A DNA stretch of 64,000 nucleotides, taken from positions 384,001-448,000 of the forward strand of contig OY761158.1 in the NCBI GenBank assembly GCA_963664405.1. Reading direction: 5' to 3'. The translations under genes and the position numbers were made by a program. The notes under the pieces are model-generated. The model worked only from the letters and a program-made list of their open reading frames with translations, made no database searches and was not told the DNA's origin. Origin of the DNA: Thermoanaerobaculia bacterium. Its GTDB lineage: Bacteria; Acidobacteriota; Thermoanaerobaculia; Multivoradales; Multivoraceae. Positions 52,287 through 61,461 of this stretch are shown in pieces (position 1 is the first letter of the stretch; every line of letters begins with the position of its first letter).

Positions 52287-52453
52287 CTAGACCAGCGTTT
52301 CCAAAGTCGCGCTACAATAGCTCGCGGTCATTCTGTTCGCTGGCAAGGCGCGCCGACGTAGGCATATTGGGGAATATGTCGAGGAGGCGCAACGCCGCCA
52401 GCGGGGCAGAACGGGCCGAGATATGTAGTGCTACTTTGGAAACGCTGGTCTAG
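52287..52453. mobile_element. 167-bp palindromic MITE-like element
   Basis: Perfect 21-bp inverted repeat CTAGACCAGCGTTTCCAAAGT at both ends, with nested internal stems. Confidence 0.8.
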
Positions 52454-54135
52454 GTGAGCAATGCGTTGTAAACATCGAGAGTCGTCGACGACGGCTCGAC
52501 GCCGAGCTCCAAGAGGAGCAGCTGGCGCAGCCGGCCATATTGCCGGTTGACCAGATCTCTACGGCCTCGCGCCGCATAGACCTTCATGATCGAGACGTGT
52601 ACCGATTCCTCGAGAGGATCCTCAAAGAGCAGCGAGCGGTAGGCATCTTCAGCATCGCTCCAACGCTCGAGCCGACTGTAGACATCGCCCAGTCGACGCA
52701 GGAGATCCACATAGCGCAGCTGGAGCTCATCACGTCGTGACAGCATCCATGAATCGCTCATCCCTTCGAGGAAAGGCCCCTCATAGGTGCTCCAGGACTC
52801 CTGCCACACCTTCGCCGCCTCCTCCAGGCGGCCCCTGTCGCGAAGCTCCCTCCCGCTTCTGAGTCCGTCGAGAAAAACGCGCAGGTCGACATCCCAGCGC
52901 AGCTCAGGATCGAGATCGTAAATGCCGTCACGCAAGCGAATCACGGCACCATGCTCGGTTCCTTCGGGCTGAAGACTGCGACGCAGGCGCGAGATGGTCG
53001 GATGGAGATTGCGCCGAACCTGATCTTCGGTGGCGTCTCGCCACAGTACGCTGACAATCTCTTCGCGCGAGGCGGCCAGGCCCGGAGAGGCCGCTAGATA
53101 GGCCAATACGCGCAGTGGCCTCTTGAAGCTCCAGGTCACGAGGTCGAAGTGGCCGTCTGTGCTCAGGCGCTCGACCCGAGGCGTACCGAGAAGCTTGATC
53201 TTGAGGTCCGGCTCTTCCCGGCTTCGTCGCCACGGCTCGCGCTCCCGCGAGTGTCGACCGGCAACTCTCACCCGAGACCGCGCAAGGGACGCGACCCGTC
53301 GCGTTCCCCACCGCACGAGGGCCTCTTCTTTCAACACAGCCTCGAGCGGAGCCGGCAAACGCAGCCGCCCCTGTTTCACCATCGGCAGCCCGACCTCACG
53401 CGTGAGCCGGCTGAGAACCGCATCTCGATTACGCCGGTTCCCACGGCTTCCGACGAAGCTCCGCCAGTCCTGGTGTTCGCTACAGGCAAGCTCGAGCAGC
53501 AGCTCCTGTTCCGGTTCCGACAGCGGCTGCAACACCCTCGTGCGCAGAAAGCCAGCCACGGAAGAGACCGACATGAATGCGTCACTTCTAGGACTCGCTG
53601 ACGCGCAGCCAGGGTCGCGGCTCCACAGCACGAGAGGCAGCAGCCAGCCCTCGCTCCAGGTCACGAGCGCTCGGGCATCCGCCTCGTTCACGACCCGCGA
53701 CGTTTCGTCCTGCCATAGCTTCGCCACCTCCTCGATGTTGAGGAGAAGTTGCTCGGGCGATGTCGAGAGAGCTCCCAGGCTGGTCGCAAGAGGTGCCTCT
53801 CCAGCAACTACCACGCGCTCACCGGGGCGTAGCCACGAGGTCAGCTCGTCCGCATCGGCGTCAGAAGGGTCCTGACAGACGAACCAAGACACGCCCCTCC
53901 CCCTCATCTCCTCGATCCGACCCTCGAGTCGATCAGAGCTTTTCAGCCACCCGGAAGGTACGAAATCGACAGCTTCGTCTTCTAAGAACCGGCCGAGGAG
54001 AGCCCGCTTCCCTGTTCCGGGCCAGCCCCAGAGTTGAACCAAAGGCGCATCGAGCGACTCGACTATGTCGCGAAGACGGGCGAAATGAGGAGCTCCGGCC
54101 GCCCCAGTCCCCGCGCGGGAGGATCGAGTCGGCAA
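52450..54135 (-). CDS. SARP/BTAD-domain transcriptional regulator
   Basis: Degenerate P-loop GWPGTGK, wHTH (LAYLA..SREEI..LW), BTAD (GPFLEG..W, DPLEE, LGVEPS). Confidence 0.85.
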   Translation of the reverse strand: MPTRSSRAGTGAAGAPHFARLRDIVESLDAPLVQLWGWPGTGKRALLGRFLEDEAVDFVPSGWLKSSDRLEGRIEEMRGRGVSWFVCQDPSDADADELTSWLRPGERVVVAGEAPLATSLGALSTSPEQLLLNIEEVAKLWQDETSRVVNEADARALVTWSEGWLLPLVLWSRDPGCASASPRSDAFMSVSSVAGFLRTRVLQPLSEPEQELLLELACSEHQDWRSFVGSRGNRRNRDAVLSRLTREVGLPMVKQGRLRLPAPLEAVLKEEALVRWGTRRVASLARSRVRVAGRHSREREPWRRSREEPDLKIKLLGTPRVERLSTDGHFDLVTWSFKRPLRVLAYLAASPGLAASREEIVSVLWRDATEDQVRRNLHPTISRLRRSLQPEGTEHGAVIRLRDGIYDLDPELRWDVDLRVFLDGLRSGRELRDRGRLEEAAKVWQESWSTYEGPFLEGMSDSWMLSRRDELQLRYVDLLRRLGDVYSRLERWSDAEDAYRSLLFEDPLEESVHVSIMKVYAARGRRDLVNRQYGRLRQLLLLELGVEPSSTTLDVYNALLT

Positions 54136-54141
54136 ACCGTC

Positions 54142-54876
54142 TCAGGCCCGAGAGCCCACCGGTGTACTCGGCCCGCGAAGATCCTCGACGAGACGAGCGC
54201 GCACGATCTTCATATCCTCCCAGGTCGGCCTCTTGTACTGTTGGCTGCGAAGCAGTGCCGCGGGGTGGTAGGTAACCCTCAGGGGAGCTCCACGAAATTC
54301 ATGCCACTCGCCTCGCATACGACCCAACGATAAGTCGCTGCCGAGAAGAGTCTGAGCGGCAACCCGGCCCAAGGCAACAACGATCTTCGGCTGCACCAGG
54401 TCGATCTGACGCTCCAAGAAGGCACGGCACGCGGCCACTTCGGCTGGAAGAGGATCCCGGTTTCCTGGCGGTCGACACTTGACGATATTGGCGATATAGA
54501 CCTCTTCGCGAGTGAGGTCGATCGCTTCGATGATGCGGGTCAGAAGCTCGCCGGCGGGCCCGACGAAGGGGAGGCCCTTGGCGTCCTCATGGGCTCCAGG
54601 ACCTTCTCCCACAAACATCAGCTCCGCATTGGCGTTGCCCGACCCGAATACGACATTCTTGCGTTGGCCCGCGAGAGCACAGGCTTCACAGCCGGCCGCC
54701 TCCTGCGCGGCTTCACTCAGAGCAATCGCTCGTGAAGCAGGGCTGGCCCCCAGCTCTGTACTGGGTGCACCCGCGCCAGCCGCAGATCCCTCCGCCCCCT
54801 CTACGGGGCGAGACGCCCGAGGATAGACGTATTCATAGTCCAAGTCGCGGAGATAGCGAAGTACCTCGTACACCAC
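54142..54876 (-). CDS. Family-4 uracil-DNA glycosylase
   Basis: CEACAL, GEGPG, PFVG, KCRPPGNR, TYHPA. Confidence 0.93.
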   Translation of the reverse strand: MVYEVLRYLRDLDYEYVYPRASRPVEGAEGSAAGAGAPSTELGASPASRAIALSEAAQEAAGCEACALAGQRKNVVFGSGNANAELMFVGEGPGAHEDAKGLPFVGPAGELLTRIIEAIDLTREEVYIANIVKCRPPGNRDPLPAEVAACRAFLERQIDLVQPKIVVALGRVAAQTLLGSDLSLGRMRGEWHEFRGAPLRVTYHPAALLRSQQYKRPTWEDMKIVRARLVEDLRGPSTPVGSRA

Positions 54877-54909
54877 GGTTTCCCTAGACCTCCGATGAGG
54901 AGCTCCTGT

Positions 54910-56148
54910 TCAGGGGCTCGCTCCGGAATCTGCGGTCTCTCGCGATGGGCTCGCGCCATTGCTATCAAGAGCCACTATCAAAAGCTCGAACAGCCTCCTT
55001 GCGACTTCGGCCTTCGAGCAGCGCTCGATGAGGGTGACTGATCCGTCTCTTCCATAGACAGTCACTTCGTTGCAGTCGCTGCTGAAGCCGATATCGGAGC
55101 GCGATACATCATTCGCGACCAGGAAGTGAGCTTGCTTGCGCTCGAGCTTCGCCCTTGCATAGTCCTCGAGGCCTTCGGTCTCAGCGCCGAAGCCCACTCG
55201 TATCGCTCCAGCCGCCGTCTTGGCGAGCCCGGCGAGAATGTCGGGGTTCTCTACCAAGGGAATCTCGCTAAGGCCGCCAGTCTCCTTCTTCAACTTCTTC
55301 GCTGCCGCGTGCTCGGGACGGTAGTCGCTTACGGCAGCCGCCATGATCACAAGATCGGCACCCTCCACGGCACTCTCCACCGCGCTCTTCATCTCCACCG
55401 CCGACTCGACGTCAACACGAGTGACGCCCGCAGGTGTTGGCAAGCTAACCGGACCTGCCACGAGGCACACGCCGGCGCCGCACCGTGCCGCCTCGGCAGC
55501 GAGCGCAAAGCCCATCTTGCCACTCGAGCGATTCCCCAGAAAACGGACCGGATCCACGGCTTCATAGGTAGGCCCGGCACTAACCACTACGCGTCTGCCG
55601 ATCAGAGTGCCCAGCCCGGCCGTGCTCTCCTCGACAACATCAAGGATGGTCTCCGGCTCGGCCATCCGGCCCCAGCCGACCTCCCCCGAAGCGAGATCGC
55701 CACACTCGGGGCCAATCATAGTGACGCCGCGCCCCTCGAGCCGACGCACGTGCTCCTGCACACTCGCCTTCTCCCACATCGCCGGATGCATCGCCGGCGC
55801 GGCGAATACAGCTCCATCGAACGCAAGCGCCATCGTCGTCAGGAAATCGTCTGCCAAACCCAGAGACAAGCGCGCCAGCGTGTGCGCCGTCGCCGGCACC
55901 ACGAGCAGGGTCTGCGCCCACTGCGCAGCGCTGATGTGAAGTTCCTCGCCGGAGCCATTTGCTTCGAGGTAGGCGTCGTCGTAGACCGGATAGCCGGACA
56001 GCACCTCGAGACTCAGCGGAGTCACGAAAGACTCCGCAGCACGGGTAAGAGCGCAGCGCACCTCGTGCCCTCGCTCGCGCAACCGGCGCACGAGCTGAGG
56101 TGCCTTGATCGCCGCAATACCTCCACTGACCCCGACCAGGACCCGCAC
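54910..56148 (-). CDS. coaBC: Phosphopantothenoylcysteine decarboxylase/ligase
   Basis: GVSGGIAA, APAMH..M, DPVRFLGNRSSGKMG, AAAVSDY. Confidence 0.96.
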   Translation of the reverse strand: MRVLVGVSGGIAAIKAPQLVRRLRERGHEVRCALTRAAESFVTPLSLEVLSGYPVYDDAYLEANGSGEELHISAAQWAQTLLVVPATAHTLARLSLGLADDFLTTMALAFDGAVFAAPAMHPAMWEKASVQEHVRRLEGRGVTMIGPECGDLASGEVGWGRMAEPETILDVVEESTAGLGTLIGRRVVVSAGPTYEAVDPVRFLGNRSSGKMGFALAAEAARCGAGVCLVAGPVSLPTPAGVTRVDVESAVEMKSAVESAVEGADLVIMAAAVSDYRPEHAAAKKLKKETGGLSEIPLVENPDILAGLAKTAAGAIRVGFGAETEGLEDYARAKLERKQAHFLVANDVSRSDIGFSSDCNEVTVYGRDGSVTLIERCSKAEVARRLFELLIVALDSNGASPSRETADSGASP

Positions 56149-56165
56149 TAGTGCGTCCTCCTACG

Positions 56166-56411
56166 TTACTCCTCGGCCAGCTCCTCGGCCCCTTCCGCTC
56201 CCTCTACAGCCTCCTCCTCCACCACCGGAGCTGGACCATGGTCCCACTCGATGAGGCCCCCAAGCACCTCTTCCATCGCCCCCCTGGCCAGCTTGGGGCT
56301 CGAGTATTCGATCTTCGGGCGGGCCCCGCGCATCACTTGCTCTGCGCGTCCGGCAGCCAGAAGAATGAAGCGGAATTTACTGTCTATATTGGTATGCTCG
56401 TAATTTGGCAT
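56166..56411 (-). CDS. rpoZ: RNA polymerase omega subunit
   Basis: IDSKFRFILLAAGRAEQ; lies between gmk and coaBC. Confidence 0.9.
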   Translation of the reverse strand: MPNYEHTNIDSKFRFILLAAGRAEQVMRGARPKIEYSSPKLARGAMEEVLGGLIEWDHGPAPVVEEEAVEGAEGAEELAEE

Positions 56412-56457
56412 GAACTCCTCCACGATCCCGGCGGGAGCGCCAGAGCGACGGTTCCGC

Positions 56458-57129
56458 TCACGAAGCTGTCCGGCTGAAGTCTTCGAGCACGACCGCGATG
56501 CGGTCGCGCACACGTTCTCTTCTATGACGCTTTTCTATGATGATCGACGCGAGAGCCGCACTTGCCGCCTCTACATCATCATTAACAATAACATATTCAT
56601 AATTCTCAAAAGAGAGGATCTCCTGAAGGGCCGCTGCCAACCTTCGCTCGATGGCTTCGGCAGCATCGAGATCCCGAGCCAGCAGTCGCGCCTTCAGATC
56701 TCGATAGCTCGGCGGCACGACAAAGACGCCATGCACACGCTTGAAGGCCAGCTTCGAGCGGCTGTCGTCGAGTACCTTGCGCGCGCCCTGGACATCAATG
56801 TCCATGACCACATCTACTCCGCCATCGAGCCGCGGGAGCACCTCGTCGAGCGCGGTGCCGTAATGGTGGTCGTGCACACGCGCCCACTCGAGAAAGCGCT
56901 CGTCCTCGATCATCTCCTCGAAGGTCGCCTCAGTCACAAAGTGATAGTCGCGACCGGTCTCCTCACCGCATCGAGGCCGCCGAGTGGTGTGGCTTACAGA
57001 AAACGCCAGGCGCTCGACCTGTTGGCCCTCGAGAAGTCGACGAATCAGCGTCGTCTTGCCGCTTCCAGAGGGGCCCGAAAGGATAAAGAGCTCGCCGTGG
57101 TCGGCGACCTTGTCTTTACTACTGGACAT
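56458..57129 (-). CDS. gmk: Guanylate kinase
   Basis: SGPSGSGKTT, SHTTRRPR, DYHF, DIDVQG. Confidence 0.96.
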   Translation of the reverse strand: MSSSKDKVADHGELFILSGPSGSGKTTLIRRLLEGQQVERLAFSVSHTTRRPRCGEETGRDYHFVTEATFEEMIEDERFLEWARVHDHHYGTALDEVLPRLDGGVDVVMDIDVQGARKVLDDSRSKLAFKRVHGVFVVPPSYRDLKARLLARDLDAAEAIERRLAAALQEILSFENYEYVIVNDDVEAASAALASIIIEKRHRRERVRDRIAVVLEDFSRTAS

Positions 57130-58009
57130 TCTGCACTTGCTCCCGCAACTGGTCGGCAACGAGCCTGGCATCGAGGACGGCCTGCGCCATCGAGAGGTCT
57201 CGGCACTTGGCTCCTATCGTGTTGAGCTCCCGCATGAGCTCCTGACACAGAAAGTCGAGTCGCTTGCCTACCGGCGGCGGGTTACTCATGATCTCGGCTC
57301 CATGCTCCAGATGCGCTCGCAACCGATCTAGCTCTTCGCGCACATCTCCGCGCTCGACCAAGAGGGCGACCTCCTGCAAGAGGCGCTGACGATCCGGCAG
57401 CGCTTCTACCACCAGGGCGTGCAGACGTTCCTCGAGAGCACCGAGCTGGTGCTCCGCGACCTCCTGCCTACGGCGCGTCAGCTCTTCGACAATCCCAGCG
57501 AGTTGGTCGAATCCCGCCTGCAGCTCTTTGGCTAACTTCGCCCCTTCGATCCCTCGAGCGTCCTGGAGCTCATCGAGGGCGATCGAGCTCACTTCAATGA
57601 GGAGCTTCTCGTCGGCACGAGACCACGAGGCCTCAGCCTCTCGGATCTCGAGAATGCCGGGAATTCGTAGCAGGTCGCCGGCGGACAGCGGCGCCAACTC
57701 TAAGCCCTCCGCCCGAAGCCCAGCGACCAGCTCGACGAGCGCTTGAGCACGACGCCGGTCGATGTCGACGCTGGCCTCGAGCTCGACAATTCTCTCGACA
57801 TCGACACTGACCTCTACCCGCCCGCGTCGCAGACGACTCTTGACCAGATCTCTCAACGCCACCTCGTTTCGACGGTAGGGATCGCGGAGACGGACCACCA
57901 GATCGAGACCGCGATGGTTGACGGATCGAATCTCGACACCGATGCGGTAACGGTCGTTCTCCTCGACCGCGGAACCGAAACCGGTCATGCTGGTCAAGCC
58001 CTCACTCAT
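57119..58009 (-). CDS. yicC: YicC/YloC family endoribonuclease
   Basis: SMTGFG, SVNHR, EELDRL, GKRLDFLCQE..RELNTIGAK, REQVQN. Confidence 0.95.
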   Translation of the reverse strand: MSEGLTSMTGFGSAVEENDRYRIGVEIRSVNHRGLDLVVRLRDPYRRNEVALRDLVKSRLRRGRVEVSVDVERIVELEASVDIDRRRAQALVELVAGLRAEGLELAPLSAGDLLRIPGILEIREAEASWSRADEKLLIEVSSIALDELQDARGIEGAKLAKELQAGFDQLAGIVEELTRRRQEVAEHQLGALEERLHALVVEALPDRQRLLQEVALLVERGDVREELDRLRAHLEHGAEIMSNPPPVGKRLDFLCQELMRELNTIGAKCRDLSMAQAVLDARLVADQLREQVQNVQ

Positions 58010-58189
58010 GCGACCTCCTCCAGCAGCGCCGGTCTCCAATCAGCGAGCTCCCCTCGAGCAGCTGGTCGAAAAGTGCGCTCGGCAAGCCTGGCGCCTCAAC
58101 CAGTACAGCCTTCAGTGAGCGCTCTTGCGCCACTCTGGCAAGGCCTCCGAGCATTGTGAAAGGGAGCGAGCGAACCTCGCGCTCTCCGT

Positions 58190-58381
58190 TCATGGAAACG
58201 GAGTGGGCGGTCCCGACGGGAAGGGGTACATAACCCACGCCGCCGCGATTCCACCTAACATCAACCCCAAAAAGAGCTGCGCGAACAGTTTGATCTGCTC
58301 CCCTCGATGACGTCGCCACAGCACGGAGAAGAAGGTGCTCAGCAAGAGAGCGTAGACCGTCATGAGGAAGAGATGACTCAT
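58190..58381 (-). CDS. Small two-TM membrane protein
   Basis: 63 aa, two hydrophobic segments, co-oriented with its neighbours. Confidence 0.7.
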   Translation of the reverse strand: MSHLFLMTVYALLLSTFFSVLWRRHRGEQIKLFAQLFLGLMLGGIAAAWVMYPFPSGPPTPFP

Positions 58382-58403
58382 CTTCTTGCCCGGGAGAGCG
58401 CGA

Positions 58404-58814
58404 TCAGTCCTTCTCGCCCCGCCCGATGTCGAAGACGTCGAGAATCACGAGAATGTTCATCAAGCCGGAAGTGAGGATAAAAGCCTTTCCGTATTCGTAG
58501 CCCGCGGACTCGAGATTGCCGGCGTAGTCGAGAACATGAAGGAAGACAAAATACAGGGAGCCTGTAGCCGCACAGGCCAGCGCAGCGAGGGTCGCCAGCG
58601 GTTGACCGACGTCATGATAGAGCTCGCCCTCCAGCTGGCAACCGAGCAAGAAACAAGCTGCAACGATGGCGAAGAAGACGACTGCCCGAGCGCGACGGCC
58701 AAGCGCCCAGTGCCCGGCTCCCGGAATCGCCCAAGCCAGTACGAGGGCTAGCGCAAGCTTTCCGCCGGCGACCGAAGACGCAACCGAGACGCCATCCTGC
58801 GTAGAAGAATCCAT
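58404..58814 (-). CDS. Conserved membrane protein (PGAGH motif)
   Basis: LAWAIPGAGH..YEYG..SGLMNIL..D. Confidence 0.75.
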   Translation of the reverse strand: MDSSTQDGVSVASSVAGGKLALALVLAWAIPGAGHWALGRRARAVVFFAIVAACFLLGCQLEGELYHDVGQPLATLAALACAATGSLYFVFLHVLDYAGNLESAGYEYGKAFILTSGLMNILVILDVFDIGRGEKD

Positions 58815-58837
58815 CGACGCAAGAGGCCCCGACGCGA

Positions 58838-59131
58838 TCAGGACCCGGAGGGGTTGTCTCTGTTGAGGAGCTCTCTGAGTTCCTTGCCGGGCTTGAAGTA
58901 GGGGATACTCTTCGAGGGAACGTCCACCTTAGCCCCGGTCTTGGGATTTCGGCCAGTTCGCGAGCCACGCTGCCGAATCCGGAAACTCCCGAAACCGCGT
59001 AGCTCGATCTTCTCGCCATCCTTCAGCGAACCGACAATACTGTCGAATACGGTGTTGACCATCACTTCGGCGTGCTTCTTGGTCAGCTGCGTGTTTCTCG
59101 CCACCTGATCGACCAACTCTGCTTTCGTCAT
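58838..59131 (-). CDS. HU/IHF family DNA-binding protein
   Basis: MTKAEL, IELRGFGSF, GRNPKTG, FKPGKEL. Confidence 0.95.
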   Translation of the reverse strand: MTKAELVDQVARNTQLTKKHAEVMVNTVFDSIVGSLKDGEKIELRGFGSFRIRQRGSRTGRNPKTGAKVDVPSKSIPYFKPGKELRELLNRDNPSGS

Positions 59132-59150
59132 CCCTCCACGCATGAGCACC

Positions 59151-61337
59151 TCACTCCTTCTCTTCCTGTGCCTCTCCCTCGTCCGCCGGCGGCGCGGACT
59201 CGCTACTGCCTTGAGCGCCGTCTTCCGCGGGCTCGCCTTCGGATCGGGCCGCTTCGGCCGAAGCCTCTTGCGCGGCAGCCTCTTCGGCTGGAGCCTCTTC
59301 GTCCGTGGCCGGTTCACTCGAGGCCGCGGCCTCCGTGGTCTCCGAGCCTGAAGCCTCCTCCTCGGTCGACTCGCTATCGGAAGCCTCGGCGGCCTCACTC
59401 TCGGCAGCAACCTCGACTGCGTTCTCAGCCCCAACTGCGTCTACAACCTCAGCCTCCGGCTCCGCTTCGGCTGAAGCAGTGGAGGTGTCCTCGAGGCTGC
59501 TGACGTCGGCCGCATCGTCGGTCGCAGCTTCGGTCGCAGCTTCGGTCGCGGCTTCGGCCGCCGCTTCGGCCGCCGCTTCCGGACCGGCCTCTTCGTTTTC
59601 GGCAGCCTCCGCATCGGTGGCTGCCTGCACGACCGCTGCAGCCAGGGTCGACAGCTTCTCCTGGAAAGTCTGCTCCAGAGCCTCAGACTCCTCGTTCTCG
59701 AGAGGTGTTACACCTCGCATCGTCAGACCGACCTTGTGATCGTCGTCGTCGACGCGCAGGATTCTCACCCGCACCCACTTCCCGACCACGTAGTGATCCT
59801 CCAAGCGTTGCCCAGGGATGTCGATCTCGCTGACGTGGGCCAGGCCCTCCAGCCCCTCGTGTACGTCTATGAACAGACCGAAGTCCGTGATGTTGACCAC
59901 CCGTCCTTCGATCGTGTCTCCCACCATGTGAGAGTCCACGAAGTCTTGCCACTCATTCGGCAAGAACTCCTTGATCGAAAGTGAGACCCTCTGGTTGTCG
60001 ACATCGATCGAAGTGATCCGGGCACGCACCGCGTCCCCCTTGTTCAGCACTTCGCTCGGGTGCTTGATCCGCCTGGTCCAGCTCATGTCCGAAACATGGA
60101 TAAGACCGTCGATCTCGTCGGTGATCTCGACAAAGGCGCCGAACTCGGTCAGGTTGCGCACCGCACCCTCGATAAGAGTTCCTACCGGGAAGATGTTCGC
60201 AAGGTCCTCCCACGGGTTCGTCTCGGTCTGTCGCAGCGAGAGGCTGATGCGTCGATTGCTCATATCGAGCTCCGAGACGATCGCCTGCACTTCGTCTCCG
60301 ACGGTCAGCATTTTGGACGGATTCACTACCTTCTTCGTCCACGACATCTCGCTGACGTGAATCAGGCCCTCGACCCCGTCCTCGAGCTCGATGAACGCAC
60401 CGTAATCGACCAAGCTCACGGCTTTGCCGCGAACCAAAGAGCCGAGCGGGTACTTCTTGTCGACCAACGACCAAGGGTCCTCCCCACGCTGCTTGTAGCC
60501 CAGCGAAACTCGCTCAGTCTCGCGATCAAACTTGAGGATGACGATCTCGACCTCGTCGCCGACGCCAAAGTGCTCGGAGGGATGATTGACCCGGCCCCAG
60601 GAGATATCGGTGATGTGAAGCAGCCCGTCGATGCCTCCGAGGTCGATGAAGACGCCGTAGTCGGTGATGTTTTTCACCGTACCCATCATCACCGCACCTT
60701 CGCGTAGGTTCTCCAGAGTCTCGGCCTTCTGCTTCTCGTATTCCTTCTCCAAGACCGCTTTGCGGGAGAGCACGATGTTGTTGCGCCGTCGGTCCAGGCT
60801 GATCACCTTGAACTCGAGGTCTTCCCCCCGGAAGCTCTCGAGATTTTTCACCGGCTTGATGTCGACCAGAGAACCTGGGAGGAAAGCCCGTAGACCCACG
60901 TCGACGGTAAGACCTCCTTTGATGCGATCAATGACGCGGCCGGTGAGGATTGTGCCCTCTTTATAGGCATCCTCGACGCGGTTCCAAATCTTCATCCTCT
61001 CGGCCTTCTGCTTCGAAAGCAGGACATGGCCGTTTTGGTCCTCGGTCTGTTCGAGAAGGACTTCGACTTCTTCGCCTACGTCGACACCAATCTGACCGTC
61101 ACGGTTCCGAAACTCATCGAGGGAGATCAACCCCTCCGACTTGTAGCCGATGTCGATGATGACTTCGTTGGGAGTAAAGCCAATCACCGTCCCCGAGACG
61201 ATCTCACCCTCCGAAAGGTTGCGCATACTCTCATCGTAGAGAGCTACGAGCTCTTCGTAGCCGAGCTCCTGACGATCACCGCTAGCCTTCCCCTCGGGAG
61301 ACCCCTCAGCGCCGCCTTTATCTTCAATAGGCTGCAT
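59151..61337 (-). CDS. rpsA: 30S ribosomal protein S1 with long acidic C-terminal tail
   Basis: Six S1 repeats (DYGVF..GLLHITD, GLIHVSE etc.); GGAGG RBS with TTG start. Confidence 0.97.
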   Translation of the reverse strand: MQPIEDKGGAEGSPEGKASGDRQELGYEELVALYDESMRNLSEGEIVSGTVIGFTPNEVIIDIGYKSEGLISLDEFRNRDGQIGVDVGEEVEVLLEQTEDQNGHVLLSKQKAERMKIWNRVEDAYKEGTILTGRVIDRIKGGLTVDVGLRAFLPGSLVDIKPVKNLESFRGEDLEFKVISLDRRRNNIVLSRKAVLEKEYEKQKAETLENLREGAVMMGTVKNITDYGVFIDLGGIDGLLHITDISWGRVNHPSEHFGVGDEVEIVILKFDRETERVSLGYKQRGEDPWSLVDKKYPLGSLVRGKAVSLVDYGAFIELEDGVEGLIHVSEMSWTKKVVNPSKMLTVGDEVQAIVSELDMSNRRISLSLRQTETNPWEDLANIFPVGTLIEGAVRNLTEFGAFVEITDEIDGLIHVSDMSWTRRIKHPSEVLNKGDAVRARITSIDVDNQRVSLSIKEFLPNEWQDFVDSHMVGDTIEGRVVNITDFGLFIDVHEGLEGLAHVSEIDIPGQRLEDHYVVGKWVRVRILRVDDDDHKVGLTMRGVTPLENEESEALEQTFQEKLSTLAAAVVQAATDAEAAENEEAGPEAAAEAAAEAATEAATEAATDDAADVSSLEDTSTASAEAEPEAEVVDAVGAENAVEVAAESEAAEASDSESTEEEASGSETTEAAASSEPATDEEAPAEEAAAQEASAEAARSEGEPAEDGAQGSSESAPPADEGEAQEEKE
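59519..59579. repeat. 12-bp tandem repeat in the rpsA tail
   Basis: About five units of CGGYCGCVGCTT encoding EAAA/EAAT. Confidence 0.75.
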
Positions 61338-61461
61338 TGAAACCCTTACCTCCTGGCTCTTTTTTTGGCTACCCGCTCGCCGAGTCGACGCAGCAACAGT
61401 GCAAGATCCCTGCGTAGAGGAAGCCCAGAACCCCGGAGTATAGGGGCGGCTTCTTCAGGGG

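Noticed and set aside
52321-52420. SRP RNA, 6S RNA or tRNA
   Set aside because: No SRP domain-IV motif, no cloverleaf and no large central bubble; bounded by perfect TIRs
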